Of a stretch of 64,000 nt of DNA, positions 52,884 to 60,891 are shown one piece after another. The notes under the pieces are model-generated. The model was not told where the DNA came from, did not search any database, and saw only the letters and a list, made by a program, of their open reading frames with translations. Numbering within the stretch: position 1 is the stretch's first letter; each line of letters begins with the position of its first letter. The stretch covers positions 35,954-99,953 of the IMG/VR virus record IMGVR_UViG_3300021256_000006. The stretch is one strand, 5' to 3'. The position numbers and the translations under genes are program-made. The DNA is from a virus.

Positions 52884-52908
52884 CCCGCGCCCAACGGTTT
52901 ACCCGTTG
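52884..52908 (+). repeat. hairpin element, CAACGG/CCGTTG variant
   Basis: CCCGCGCCCAACGGTTTACCCGTTG, preceded by a TTTTCG hexamer run at 52843-52878. Confidence 0.75.
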
Positions 52909-53120
52909 CCTGTATCCTCCCAAAAACTGCTCATTAAGTCCCATTTGCATTCCTTTTTCCATCTTGTGCCATTCAGTCCACAACGATTTCTGCGGGCCAA
53001 ATAGCAGTCTTGTTGTAAGCAAGGATAGCCATCCTTGACCACGCTCTTTGTCTCTTCCATTTTTTCTGCAATCATCCTATCAAGTTTGTTTATTGCGTTA
53101 TAAAAAATAATATTGTTCAC
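52899..53120 (-). CDS. hypothetical protein (doubtful)
   Basis: 73-aa ORF with a GTG start. Its 3' end runs into the repeat region. Confidence 0.3.
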   Translation of the reverse strand: MNNIIFYNAINKLDRMIAEKMEETKSVVKDGYPCLQQDCYLARRNRCGLNGTRWKKECKWDLMSSFWEDTGNG

Positions 53121-53144
53121 CTTCTCTTATATTCGTTTTCGTTA

Positions 53145-53516
53145 TCACACCTTTTCCGTGATTAAGGTCCTGCGCTCCACAAAGTAGCACTCCACACTCA
53201 TGAGCTTGCCTTTCTTGTTTCGCTGATGGTTTCGGTACCGTATCTCCGTTCCGTCAAGAAAGAGTTGCATATGCCTCTTGTCCTGTGTGATGAATTTCCA
53301 AAAGGTGTCAAGATATATCCAGTCTTCGCCCTTGGGCTTATCTCCCTCTATCAGCTGTCTCGTCACCTCTTGCACAGCTTGAATGGCACCTAAATAGTAG
53401 GCGCCATAATAAGTAACCATCTGCGCATTCAGTGGCAGGTCATGGCTCGTCGCAAAACGTCTTGCCTGGATGTCACGAGCCATCTCAATAATTCTATTCT
53501 CTTCTTCTGTTGTCAT
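53145..53516 (-). CDS. hypothetical protein
   Basis: Start set at ATG 53516 (MTTEEENRII...). Confidence 0.55.
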   Translation of the reverse strand: MTTEEENRIIEMARDIQARRFATSHDLPLNAQMVTYYGAYYLGAIQAVQEVTRQLIEGDKPKGEDWIYLDTFWKFITQDKRHMQLFLDGTEIRYRNHQRNKKGKLMSVECYFVERRTLITEKV

Positions 53517-53520
53517 TGTC

Positions 53521-53638
53521 AATTGTCAACGTTTGTAGCAGCGAGAGCAGTGTCAAGTTTACTTGAACTATGCCGAGTCGCGCCCAAACCTCAGCGAAGC
53601 TAATTCTCAACGTTTGTAGCAGCGAGAGCAGAGTCAAG
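53521..53638. repeat. two 37-nt direct repeats separated by a 44-nt unique spacer
   Basis: AATTGTCAACGTTTGTAGCAGCGAGAGCAGTGTCAAG (53521-53557) versus AATTCTCAACGTTTGTAGCAGCGAGAGCAGAGTCAAG (53602-53638), with 35 of 37 positions identical. The spacer is GC-rich and non-repetitive. Confidence 0.8.
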
Positions 53639-53643
53639 CCAAC

Positions 53644-53707
53644 TGTCAATTGTCAACTGTCAACTGTCAATTGAATAATTCCTCATTCCTCATTCCTAAT
53701 TCCTAAT
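53644..53707. repeat. heptamer microsatellites: (TGTCAAY)x4 and (TCCTMAT)x4
   Basis: Arrays at 53644-53671 and 53680-53707. Confidence 0.85.
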
Positions 53708-53710
53708 TAA

Positions 53711-54562
53711 CTAAAAATGATTAAAACTTAATGCCAAAATATTTCTCCAGGAACTCCCGATAATGGGGGGGGTAAATTGTGTAACCGTCTTGTGGTCATT
53801 CCAGTAGTTCTGCCTTTCAAAGAAGACTTCACGGGTGAACCACTCATACACATCAGCGTACTTCTGCACCGTGGCATTATTAGGATGTGCGTCTATAAAC
53901 TTCTGCGCTGCACGGCAGTACGCCTTCACCATGTTAGGGTATTTTTTGAAGTACTCAATGCGCTTTTTGTAATAAGCCAGCGGACAGCACATGCAGCCTA
54001 AGCGACGCTTGGCGTCGATGGTTCCGTCCTCTCGATAATAGAGAGGATGAATCTTGATGTGCCGTGCCTCTATAAAGTCCACAACATCCTCGTCCGTCCA
54101 GTCAAGAATAGGGTAGAATACTTCTGCACTTGTCTCCTTGCGACCTTTACCATAAATGCGACACTCTGTTGGCTCTTCGTAATTCTTTGCACGGGAAGTG
54201 CTCTCGGATTTGCGGATGCCTTGAATGCTCCGGTCAAGCACCTTGTACTCCTTCAGCACCCTACAGCATGACCGCTGAAACCGATTCGGGAAACCGTTGT
54301 TAGCAAGATACTGAAAGAACGTGTATTGGGGTTGAATAACCTCGGCCCCATTCTCCTTGGCGTGCTTGATTGTCCCGGGTGGGTCAATCGTTGTATTCTT
54401 ATAGATGGCACGATACTTAATGCCCGCCATCTTTGTCAGTTCAAGAATAATGTCGCTATCCTTCCCGCCTGAATAGGCTACTTCTACAACTTCTCCATCC
54501 GAACCGGCCGACCGTATTAACCGTATCGCCCTTTCCACTTTCTTCTGTAATTCTTCTGTCAT
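53711..54562 (-). CDS. PAPS reductase-like PP-loop ATPase family protein
   Basis: PP-loop 'VAYSGGKDSDI' and Cys pairs 'RSCCRVLK' and 'LGCMCCP', typical of phage PAPS-reductase/DndC-like proteins. Confidence 0.8.
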   Translation of the reverse strand: MTEELQKKVERAIRLIRSAGSDGEVVEVAYSGGKDSDIILELTKMAGIKYRAIYKNTTIDPPGTIKHAKENGAEVIQPQYTFFQYLANNGFPNRFQRSCCRVLKEYKVLDRSIQGIRKSESTSRAKNYEEPTECRIYGKGRKETSAEVFYPILDWTDEDVVDFIEARHIKIHPLYYREDGTIDAKRRLGCMCCPLAYYKKRIEYFKKYPNMVKAYCRAAQKFIDAHPNNATVQKYADVYEWFTREVFFERQNYWNDHKTVTQFTPPIIGSSWRNILALSFNHF

Positions 54563-54656
54563 AGTTTCTTATTCGTATCAATTCGTTAAATCCGTGGGCC
54601 AATATTTGTTTTATACCTCCCACGAATCAAACAAATTTTGATTTATTTTTCTTTCG

Positions 54657-55238
54657 TCAGTCCTCCTGCTTACTTTCTTCCTTATCCGGCCACCAAAACA
54701 ACGCTGCATGCTCAGCCCTGCTGATCATCCACGGAGCGATACCTTTGACAACCTCATCGTAGTATGCCCACGCCACTGGTAACTGCTTGCGCCCATCGCT
54801 ATCGTGAAATTCACACGAGGCAGGCTGCACGCTGGCTGAGAAGAACTGCACGGGTTTAAACACGTACTGACCTTCTTTCAGGTCTTTTCTCGTAAATGCC
54901 ATCAGTACACGTCGCTTTCCAGGACTCTCCGTTGCAGGCTGCCATGTGAATGCGGTTGGCTTCAAGTCGGGATATTTATTCTCTACCATTGTATAGGGCA
55001 ACTCCAGTCCGTGCTTCTTATCCCACGTTCTCAGTCGAGGACATGACACGTCTGAGGTGCAGCCATACAATACGCCACCGTCAACGTAGCACTTATATCC
55101 TTTCTCGCATAACGTGCCCAACTTATTGTACTTGCACTTCTCTCGGAACTTGATGCGCTCCTTGGGCTCCAATATCCATCTGTGTCCGTACTGGTTCTTC
55201 TTCAGAACCTTGAACTCTATTTGTTTCTTTTCTGCCAT
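54657..55238 (-). CDS. hypothetical protein, paralogue A of 60892..61464
   Basis: 193 aa, roughly 85-90% identical by eye to the 190-aa product of 60892..61464. The N-terminal half is Cys-rich. Confidence 0.7.
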   Translation of the reverse strand: MAEKKQIEFKVLKKNQYGHRWILEPKERIKFREKCKYNKLGTLCEKGYKCYVDGGVLYGCTSDVSCPRLRTWDKKHGLELPYTMVENKYPDLKPTAFTWQPATESPGKRRVLMAFTRKDLKEGQYVFKPVQFFSASVQPASCEFHDSDGRKQLPVAWAYYDEVVKGIAPWMISRAEHAALFWWPDKEESKQED

Positions 55239-55311
55239 AATTTCTAATTCTCAATTGTCAACTGTCAATTAACTAAGATTCTCTAATTCTTGCTAATTCT
55301 TGATAAATTTG

Positions 55312-55914
55312 CTACCGCTTGAAAAGCGATGGCTCTGCCTGATATTCGGCCAATTTCTTTTTGAGGTTCCATACACGCATTCCGAGCAATCGCAACAGCT
55401 TCAGCTCTTCGTCGGTGTTCAGCTTGTAGTCGTGCATCAGTTGTGCCGGTACATTAAGACTACATGAGCCGATGTGGGTGTATCTTGCTCTCGATTCTTC
55501 TGAGTCGGCATAGATAATGAGTCCGCAGCGGTTCGGGTTGTGTTCCGTGTACCCCGTCACCTCCGACCGCTCGTAGTAGATGAAGCCAGGTTTGCACTTG
55601 TAGGCGCCTTCGTAGAGCCAATGGAACACGCGCTCGCCGATGCTCAGCGGCACGGCATAGTAGAAGCGCGACAGCTTGGGGTCGTCGTGCGTGTGGCTCT
55701 TCTTGAAGTCGGCCATAAAGTCTGACCATGTGCGCTTGATTTCTATCTCCACGAGCCGCTTGGTCTTATTCAGCACCAGAAGGTCGGCTTCGTGGTTCAG
55801 GAATCCCCAGTTGCAGTTGGGAACCACGATGTTCTGCCGGATATAGTACGGCGCATCGGGATAGCCCGTGATGATTGTCTCTATCTGCTCTATCGTGAGG
55901 GTTGTTTCCTTCAT
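55312..55914 (-). CDS. PD-(D/E)xK nuclease-fold protein (MmcB-like)
   Basis: 'HEADLLVLNKTKRLVEIEIKRTWSDFMAD' fits the D...E.K motif recalled for the MmcB family. Confidence 0.5.
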   Translation of the reverse strand: MKETTLTIEQIETIITGYPDAPYYIRQNIVVPNCNWGFLNHEADLLVLNKTKRLVEIEIKRTWSDFMADFKKSHTHDDPKLSRFYYAVPLSIGERVFHWLYEGAYKCKPGFIYYERSEVTGYTEHNPNRCGLIIYADSEESRARYTHIGSCSLNVPAQLMHDYKLNTDEELKLLRLLGMRVWNLKKKLAEYQAEPSLFKR

Positions 55915-56108
55915 AGTTCCTTCTCTACCGTGATACTTATTGTTCCGTTGTTTGGTAAGCGGTCAATCTCGTTGGTTAGCATTGTGACAAACGTTCCGAT
56001 TGATTCGCCAAAGCCTGTTGCAAGCTCGTTGGCGCACGTCCTGTCATGCTTATGCAATGATACGATGTGCGAAGACTTGTCGAAATAAAATGTTACCGTC
56101 TTCTTCAT
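55911..56108 (-). CDS. hypothetical protein
   Basis: 65-aa ORF overlapping the next start by 4 nt. Confidence 0.5.
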   Translation of the reverse strand: MKKTVTFYFDKSSHIVSLHKHDRTCANELATGFGESIGTFVTMLTNEIDRLPNNGTISITVEKEL

Positions 56109-56192
56109 AATTCCTAATTCTCCAATTCTCTAATTCTTGATAGACTTCTCTCTCATAGTTCCTTCTAATTATCAATTGTCAATTATCAACTG

Positions 56193-56552
56193 TCAATTAT
56201 CCAAGTACTTGTTCATTGCCACCGTCTGCCCTTTCGATTCTTCGGGGTTTTCATCGTAAATCTCATATCCGTGTCGCTGATACCAGGGAATGAGGAACGT
56301 CCCCCTTCTCGCACCCAGCGCAACTTGTTTCAGTCCTAACTTCTTTGCCTTTTCCTCGGCAAACATCAGCATGACGTTGCCGCGCCCCTGCTGTCGTACC
56401 GATTCATGCACAAGCAATGACTGTATAGTACCGCAGTCGTTGCGCTCTTCATTATCTTCGATGACAAGTTCTATCATGCTCTTGCCATCGTCGGCTATCA
56501 TGGTGTAACTCTTACCCCACCACCATTCGTTTTCGTGAGTTATTATCTTCAT
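56193..56552 (-). CDS. GNAT-family N-acetyltransferase (paralogue 1)
   Basis: 'LLVHESVRQQGRGNVMLMFAEEKAKKLG' is the acetyl-CoA-binding motif A (R/Q-x-x-G-x-G/A). Paralogous to 61596..61949. Confidence 0.75.
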   Translation of the reverse strand: MKIITHENEWWWGKSYTMIADDGKSMIELVIEDNEERNDCGTIQSLLVHESVRQQGRGNVMLMFAEEKAKKLGLKQVALGARRGTFLIPWYQRHGYEIYDENPEESKGQTVAMNKYLDN

Positions 56553-56815
56553 GACGGTCTTTCTTCAATATATACGTTAGTGAAGACAAACGTGATGCTG
56601 CCAATACGACATTGCCCGTCTATGATACTCACACCATCGAAGAACTTGCTCAGCTTGTCTACAATCTCATGTCGTTCATACTTTCGTTTGTCGAGCATAA
56701 ATGTTGCCGTGTCGTTCTCATTCTCGGTCAACATCGAAGCGTTATCCGCTTCTCCCGTGTTCGTTTCAAACATGCCCTTGATTGCATCAATGGCTTCTCT
56801 CCTTGTAATTCTCAT
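56549..56815 (-). CDS. hypothetical protein
   Basis: 88-aa ORF with a 4-nt overlap with the downstream gene. Confidence 0.5.
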   Translation of the reverse strand: MRITRREAIDAIKGMFETNTGEADNASMLTENENDTATFMLDKRKYERHEIVDKLSKFFDGVSIIDGQCRIGSITFVFTNVYIEERPS

Positions 56816-56857
56816 AGTTCCTTGTAATTTGATTCTCCAATTCTCAATAAGTTATTC

Positions 56858-57022
56858 CTAAGCATACCACTTGTCAATCTTTTCCCATTCAGCCACCACG
56901 TCTTGATAGCCAAGCTCGGTAAGCAAATCTGTGAGTACGCCGTCTGCATCTACATGTGCTGCTTCAATATCAAAGTTTGACTGACATTGGCGCAACTTTA
57001 TAATAGCTTCTTCTCTTGTCAT
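56858..57022 (-). CDS. small hypothetical protein (54 aa)
   Basis: Hand-translated ORF (MTREEAIIKLRQCQSNFDIEAAH...) starting in the conserved AAGGAACTATG context. Confidence 0.4.
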   Translation of the reverse strand: MTREEAIIKLRQCQSNFDIEAAHVDADGVLTDLLTELGYQDVVAEWEKIDKWYA

Positions 57023-57102
57023 AGTTCCTTAATTTATTCAATTCTCAATTGTAAATTCCCAATTGTCAATTAACTAAGATTCTCCAATTCTTGATAGATT
57101 TT

Positions 57103-57291
57103 CTACCGCTGCATCTGGTCGATAGCCTCCTTTATTTCGTCCTTGTTGGCATCACGATATTCAAACATGTGTGCCATCAGTTCCATGAACTCAACACGAT
57201 TGAGGAACACAAGCAACTGCATGTTGTCGGTGACGATGTTCAAAGCGATGCGGTCTTTGTGTATCTTTGTGATTGATGATGTTGCTCTCAT
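57103..57291 (-). CDS. hypothetical protein
   Basis: 62-aa ORF. Confidence 0.45.
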   Translation of the reverse strand: MRATSSITKIHKDRIALNIVTDNMQLLVFLNRVEFMELMAHMFEYRDANKDEIKEAIDQMQR

Positions 57292-57749
57292 AGTTCTTTA
57301 TGCTTTTTAAGTTCGTCTAAAATTGCTTCAAGTACGGGTGCATTATCCTCATCCTCCCATTCCTTTGCCACGTTCCAACTTATAGACTTCTTTGGAGTCC
57401 AGTTGTCGAGCCGCATGGAGTGATGCGATAATCTTCCCTCTGTCGGTTTCAGTCCTTTGTCGTGAAGTTCGCAAAGTCCGTCATGGTAGAACGTACACCA
57501 ATCACCCTCGGTTGTGGCTTGCACCATCCCGACAATGTGGTCAGTACATCCCATGATGATACCCGCCGCCCAATCAGTCCACGAAAGGCGGTCGGCATAT
57601 CCCGCTTTTATCAGTTTCAAGATGTCTTGCGGAGTGCCCAAGCATGGCGTGTGGCACTGCTGTCGACATTGTTTGCACTTGCATTGTATCGGTTTGCGTC
57701 CTGTCTTTCGGATGATACGTTGCAACTGGCTTTCGCCCATTCTCTTCAT
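57288..57749 (-). CDS. Cys-rich hypothetical protein
   Basis: 153 aa with 'CKCKQCRQQCHTPC', a possible metal-binding segment. Confidence 0.55.
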   Translation of the reverse strand: MKRMGESQLQRIIRKTGRKPIQCKCKQCRQQCHTPCLGTPQDILKLIKAGYADRLSWTDWAAGIIMGCTDHIVGMVQATTEGDWCTFYHDGLCELHDKGLKPTEGRLSHHSMRLDNWTPKKSISWNVAKEWEDEDNAPVLEAILDELKKHKEL

Positions 57750-57757
57750 AGTTCCTT

Positions 57758-57991
57758 TTATTTTGTCAAATTCTTAAATAACATTTTGATTACTGTATAA
57801 ATCATCGCGACACACATGATAACAAACCATATCGGCCACACTGACAATATGGATATGCGAATCAATGTCCGCCAAATGCGTGAAAGATTGTTCCACCATT
57901 CTTCTGTCTCTAAAACTTCGCTCTGAAAGTCGACATATGCCGTGCAAAAGAATAGTATAGCAATCAGAACGTAAATGAAAACGATAATCAT
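57758..57991 (-). CDS. small membrane protein
   Basis: 77 aa with two hydrophobic helices. Confidence 0.5.
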   Translation of the reverse strand: MIIVFIYVLIAILFFCTAYVDFQSEVLETEEWWNNLSRIWRTLIRISILSVWPIWFVIMCVAMIYTVIKMLFKNLTK

Positions 57992-58032
57992 AGTTCCTTA
58001 TAATTCGTTAAATTCGTGATAATCCGTGGTCG

Positions 58033-58755
58033 TTACTCTCTCCCAAACTTCTCCTTGCGTATCTCGGTCAGCTTGTCGATGAGCTGCTGGCGCAGTTCGG
58101 GTGTGGCAAACTTAACGTAGCGGTCAACGATGTCCTCCACCTTCAGCGATGCGTCCTTCACGTCCTCCGCCATGCGAGCCATCAGTTCAGCCGCCTTGTC
58201 CTCTGCGGTGTACTCGAACACGTCCACCAGCTGTGTCTCGCCTACGTTGGCCTGCACATAGTCAATCATCGTACCCTTCATCACCGTGTCAATGTTGTCG
58301 AGCGCATTGTGCAGCGAGCAAGCCTGCACCAGATACGTCACGTTGGTACGCTTCTCCTTCTCCGTCCGCTCGTCGATGGTGATAAACTGGAGCTTCGCCT
58401 TGTACCAGCGGGTGTCGGCATTGTTCGGGTTCCAGTCCATCGGCTTGTCGTACTGCTCCATAGCGGCCTCTCTGCCCTTGTTCATGGCACGGCTCAGCTT
58501 CTCCGTCTCGTGCGACAGGATCTTCTCGCCGTCCTGCATGAAGAACACCTCCTTGTAGGCCGCCTTCTTCACGTCCACTACTTCAAATCCGCCGCTGATG
58601 TACTGCGACATCTCCTCAATGATGCGCTTCTCCGCCTCTGCAAACGACAGGGCATCGACCACGTACTGCTCCACGACCTGCTTCTGCAGTCCGTCTTCCA
58701 TCACCTTTTCGTACTTGATTTTGCACTCAAACCATTGTGCTGATATACTTTTCAT
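58033..58755 (-). CDS. DUF4494-like protein
   Basis: 'WFECKIKYEKVMEDGLQKQVVEQYVVDALSFAEAE' matches my recollection of the Bacteroidota DUF4494 N-terminus. A second similar half follows ('WYKAKLQFITIDERTEKEKR'). Confidence 0.6.
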   Translation of the reverse strand: MKSISAQWFECKIKYEKVMEDGLQKQVVEQYVVDALSFAEAEKRIIEEMSQYISGGFEVVDVKKAAYKEVFFMQDGEKILSHETEKLSRAMNKGREAAMEQYDKPMDWNPNNADTRWYKAKLQFITIDERTEKEKRTNVTYLVQACSLHNALDNIDTVMKGTMIDYVQANVGETQLVDVFEYTAEDKAAELMARMAEDVKDASLKVEDIVDRYVKFATPELRQQLIDKLTEIRKEKFGRE

Positions 58756-58780
58756 AATCGCAAATGTTTTAATAGGGTTG

Positions 58781-59470
58781 TTATTTTATTAACTCAAACT
58801 CATAAGCAAATACCCAAGGATTGCTCTGCCATGTGCCCTTGCCACTGATGCGGTCTATGAGTGCGGCGAAGGCTTCGCGGGGAGAGTTGAACTTAAAATC
58901 TCTGTATCTGTCGCTATAGTAATGTTTGCCGTCTGCGGTCTGAGCGATTGGAGGCATCTTTCCCTTGGGGATAGTCATGCCAATGCCATGAACACACCAT
59001 CCATCGAAATACTCTTGTATTCCCTCTTTCAGACAATCCTCTTCGCTTATATCTTGCAATCGCTCTACTTTGATGTTGGTGAAGAGAATGCGGTGCGGCA
59101 TCCAGTTGGCTTTGACAAACATCTTATTGTGGCATCCCTTTTCGTCTTGGATACACTCCAATGGGAATGTAGGGTCAGCCTTTTCTAATGCCTCATAGAA
59201 TGCGTCACAATTCCGCAAATCCCAATATTTTTGAGCAATGGCCACCTCTTCGCCTATCTGATATTGAGGAGAGATGTCGCGCTGCTCGCAGTTGATAAAA
59301 TCAAAGGTAAAATACACCTTGCCTCGGTTGTCAATGTCCTTGACTGGGTTCCACATATCAGAGGGCGTGATACCGTCAGGCAGTTTTATCACTCTCCGTG
59401 TCATCGTCTTTTCCCCTTCCAATACGGCTTGCGTCAGCCCATATCGGTCATTAAACATTATTTTCTTCAT
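58781..59470 (-). CDS. ASCH-domain-like protein
   Basis: 'MFNDRYGLTQAVLEGEKTMTRR' and 'VERLQDISEEDCLKEGI' resemble ASCH/PUA-like proteins common in phages. Confidence 0.6.
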   Translation of the reverse strand: MKKIMFNDRYGLTQAVLEGEKTMTRRVIKLPDGITPSDMWNPVKDIDNRGKVYFTFDFINCEQRDISPQYQIGEEVAIAQKYWDLRNCDAFYEALEKADPTFPLECIQDEKGCHNKMFVKANWMPHRILFTNIKVERLQDISEEDCLKEGIQEYFDGWCVHGIGMTIPKGKMPPIAQTADGKHYYSDRYRDFKFNSPREAFAALIDRISGKGTWQSNPWVFAYEFELIK

Positions 59471-59473
59471 ACG

Positions 59474-59950
59474 TCAGTCCTCCTCATCATCAATCCTCGT
59501 CACCTTCACCCAGACGGGGAACACCGAACCCTCTGCAATGTCGGGGAAGTGGTCGCAGTTGCACCACTGTTCGATGTACACCGAGCCGTTCTTGATCTCC
59601 GCAATCGTCGAGTCCTCGCCCCGCTCCACGCTGCGCGGCTTGTGCTCCGTAATGCAGCGCGAGCGACCCACGAATCCGAACACCCACATCTGGCGCCAGC
59701 CCTCACGCTCCACGCGGCTCACGTGCAGGTCCACCGCAATACCCTGACGCGGCGACCGCTTGCCGTTGGGGTTCTCCATGTCAGCCTCACGCGGCTTCAA
59801 GTCCGGCAGCAGGTCAATCGCCCACAGGCCGTCAAAACTCATGAATGTCTTGCCACCCCGCGACCGGTTGGGGAATCCACTCGTCAAAAACTGGTAGCCA
59901 TCCGCCGCCGTGCAGATGCGCTTCCGCACTGTAAATTCTTGGTCTTGCAT
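59474..59950 (-). CDS. hypothetical protein
   Basis: 158-aa ORF in a locally GC-rich segment. The minus strand is chosen for collinearity and start context. Confidence 0.5.
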   Translation of the reverse strand: MQDQEFTVRKRICTAADGYQFLTSGFPNRSRGGKTFMSFDGLWAIDLLPDLKPREADMENPNGKRSPRQGIAVDLHVSRVEREGWRQMWVFGFVGRSRCITEHKPRSVERGEDSTIAEIKNGSVYIEQWCNCDHFPDIAEGSVFPVWVKVTRIDDEED

Positions 59951-59965
59951 AATTATTCCTCCATT

Positions 59966-60139
59966 TTAATCGTCTATTGGTTTTGATATTACTTGCGGAT
60001 TAGTGCAAACCGTAACCATGTTGTTACAATTCTCGCACCGCACCTTACCTTCGTACATACAATCTGCATCCCGCAAGTAGTCTGGCATTTCAACGTCAAA
60101 TTCGTGGTCACACCACGGGCATTTTATTTTCTCTATCAT
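59966..60139 (-). CDS. zinc-ribbon protein
   Basis: Start at ATG 60139 (MIEKIKCPWCDHEF...CENCNN), with two CxxC pairs. Confidence 0.5.
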   Translation of the reverse strand: MIEKIKCPWCDHEFDVEMPDYLRDADCMYEGKVRCENCNNMVTVCTNPQVISKPIDD

Positions 60140-60141
60140 CG

Positions 60142-60681
60142 TCAGTCCTCCGTTATATAAATGTAACACAACAGCCAAACGATGTTGAATACCATGCTGG
60201 AGGTGATGCTGTCAAGACCGCAGTACAATCCAAACAACTTATGCGATAGAATGTTGGCACCGATTGCCACCGCGAAATAGAGCAGACACAGCAGCAGCGC
60301 GTAGAACATACTGAGCATCTTCGGGCGTTTCTTCTTTGGTCGTTCCTCTTCGTCAGCAGACACGGATGATTCGTGAAGTTCATTGACGGTCTTGTCAGGA
60401 TTGCCCTCTTGTTCACTGCCAAGCGTTTCAAGTTCATGCTTACATCTTTCCAACTCTCGCTCTACCACCTCCATCAGTGGCTTATTGAGCCATGTCGGTA
60501 GGTCTTGCATGTCTTCTGGGGCGTGGCCCCAGTCCTTGCAAAACTCAAAATGGTATAAGCTCGCATTGTTATTTAAACTCCAATAACTCCACTGTCCTCG
60601 CTTGTAATAGGACAAAGCGAACTCCATCTGTTGAATGTCTTTTTCGAGCTCCTTTGCTCTTGCTAATGTATCTTTGTCCAT
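60142..60681 (-). CDS. membrane protein with an N-terminal coiled coil
   Basis: 179 aa with C-terminal hydrophobic helices. Confidence 0.55.
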   Translation of the reverse strand: MDKDTLARAKELEKDIQQMEFALSYYKRGQWSYWSLNNNASLYHFEFCKDWGHAPEDMQDLPTWLNKPLMEVVERELERCKHELETLGSEQEGNPDKTVNELHESSVSADEEERPKKKRPKMLSMFYALLLCLLYFAVAIGANILSHKLFGLYCGLDSITSSMVFNIVWLLCYIYITED

Positions 60682-60687
60682 AGTTTC

Positions 60688-60849
60688 TTATTCGGGTAAT
60701 TCTTTAATAGCGTCGCTGAGATAGTCGAATATATTCATACAAAGTCGAGCCATATATTCTTCAGGTGTCCTTCGTTCCGCGCAGTTGTGGTCTGATTTTG
60801 CTTTCATATAAGCAGAATCGAGAGCTTCAATCCATTCTTTCTTTGTCAT
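60688..60849 (-). CDS. small hypothetical protein
   Basis: Start moved to ATG 60849 in the CATAGTT context. The track's upstream extension translates the heptamer array. Confidence 0.45.
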   Translation of the reverse strand: MTKKEWIEALDSAYMKAKSDHNCAERRTPEEYMARLCMNIFDYLSDAIKELPE

Positions 60850-60891
60850 AGTTTCTCTAATTATCAATTGCCAATTGTCAATTATCAACTG

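Noticed and set aside
10964-52908. Hairpin elements considered as ordinary Rho-independent terminators.
   Set aside because: They lack a U tract and their stems are short (6-8 bp). A separate canonical terminator lies next to at least one copy (16263-16294). Their orientation stays fixed on the + strand even among minus-strand genes. A termination role is not excluded, but it does not explain these features.
53521-53638. Assigning the 37-nt repeats to a specific CRISPR type, based on a short resemblance of the minus-strand 'ACTGCTCTC...ACAAAC' to Cas13b-type repeats.
   Set aside because: The resemblance is limited to a few short strings recalled from memory. The length and terminal complementarity do not fit. 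It is kept only as an unclassified repeat pair.
59231-59986. A 251-aa + strand ORF, plus other overlapping ORFs at 59274-59747, 59490-59687 and 59506-59706.
   Set aside because: This is a GC-rich segment that is open in several frames. The minus-strand genes are collinear with their neighbours and have proper start contexts. The + ORF would overlap two of them.
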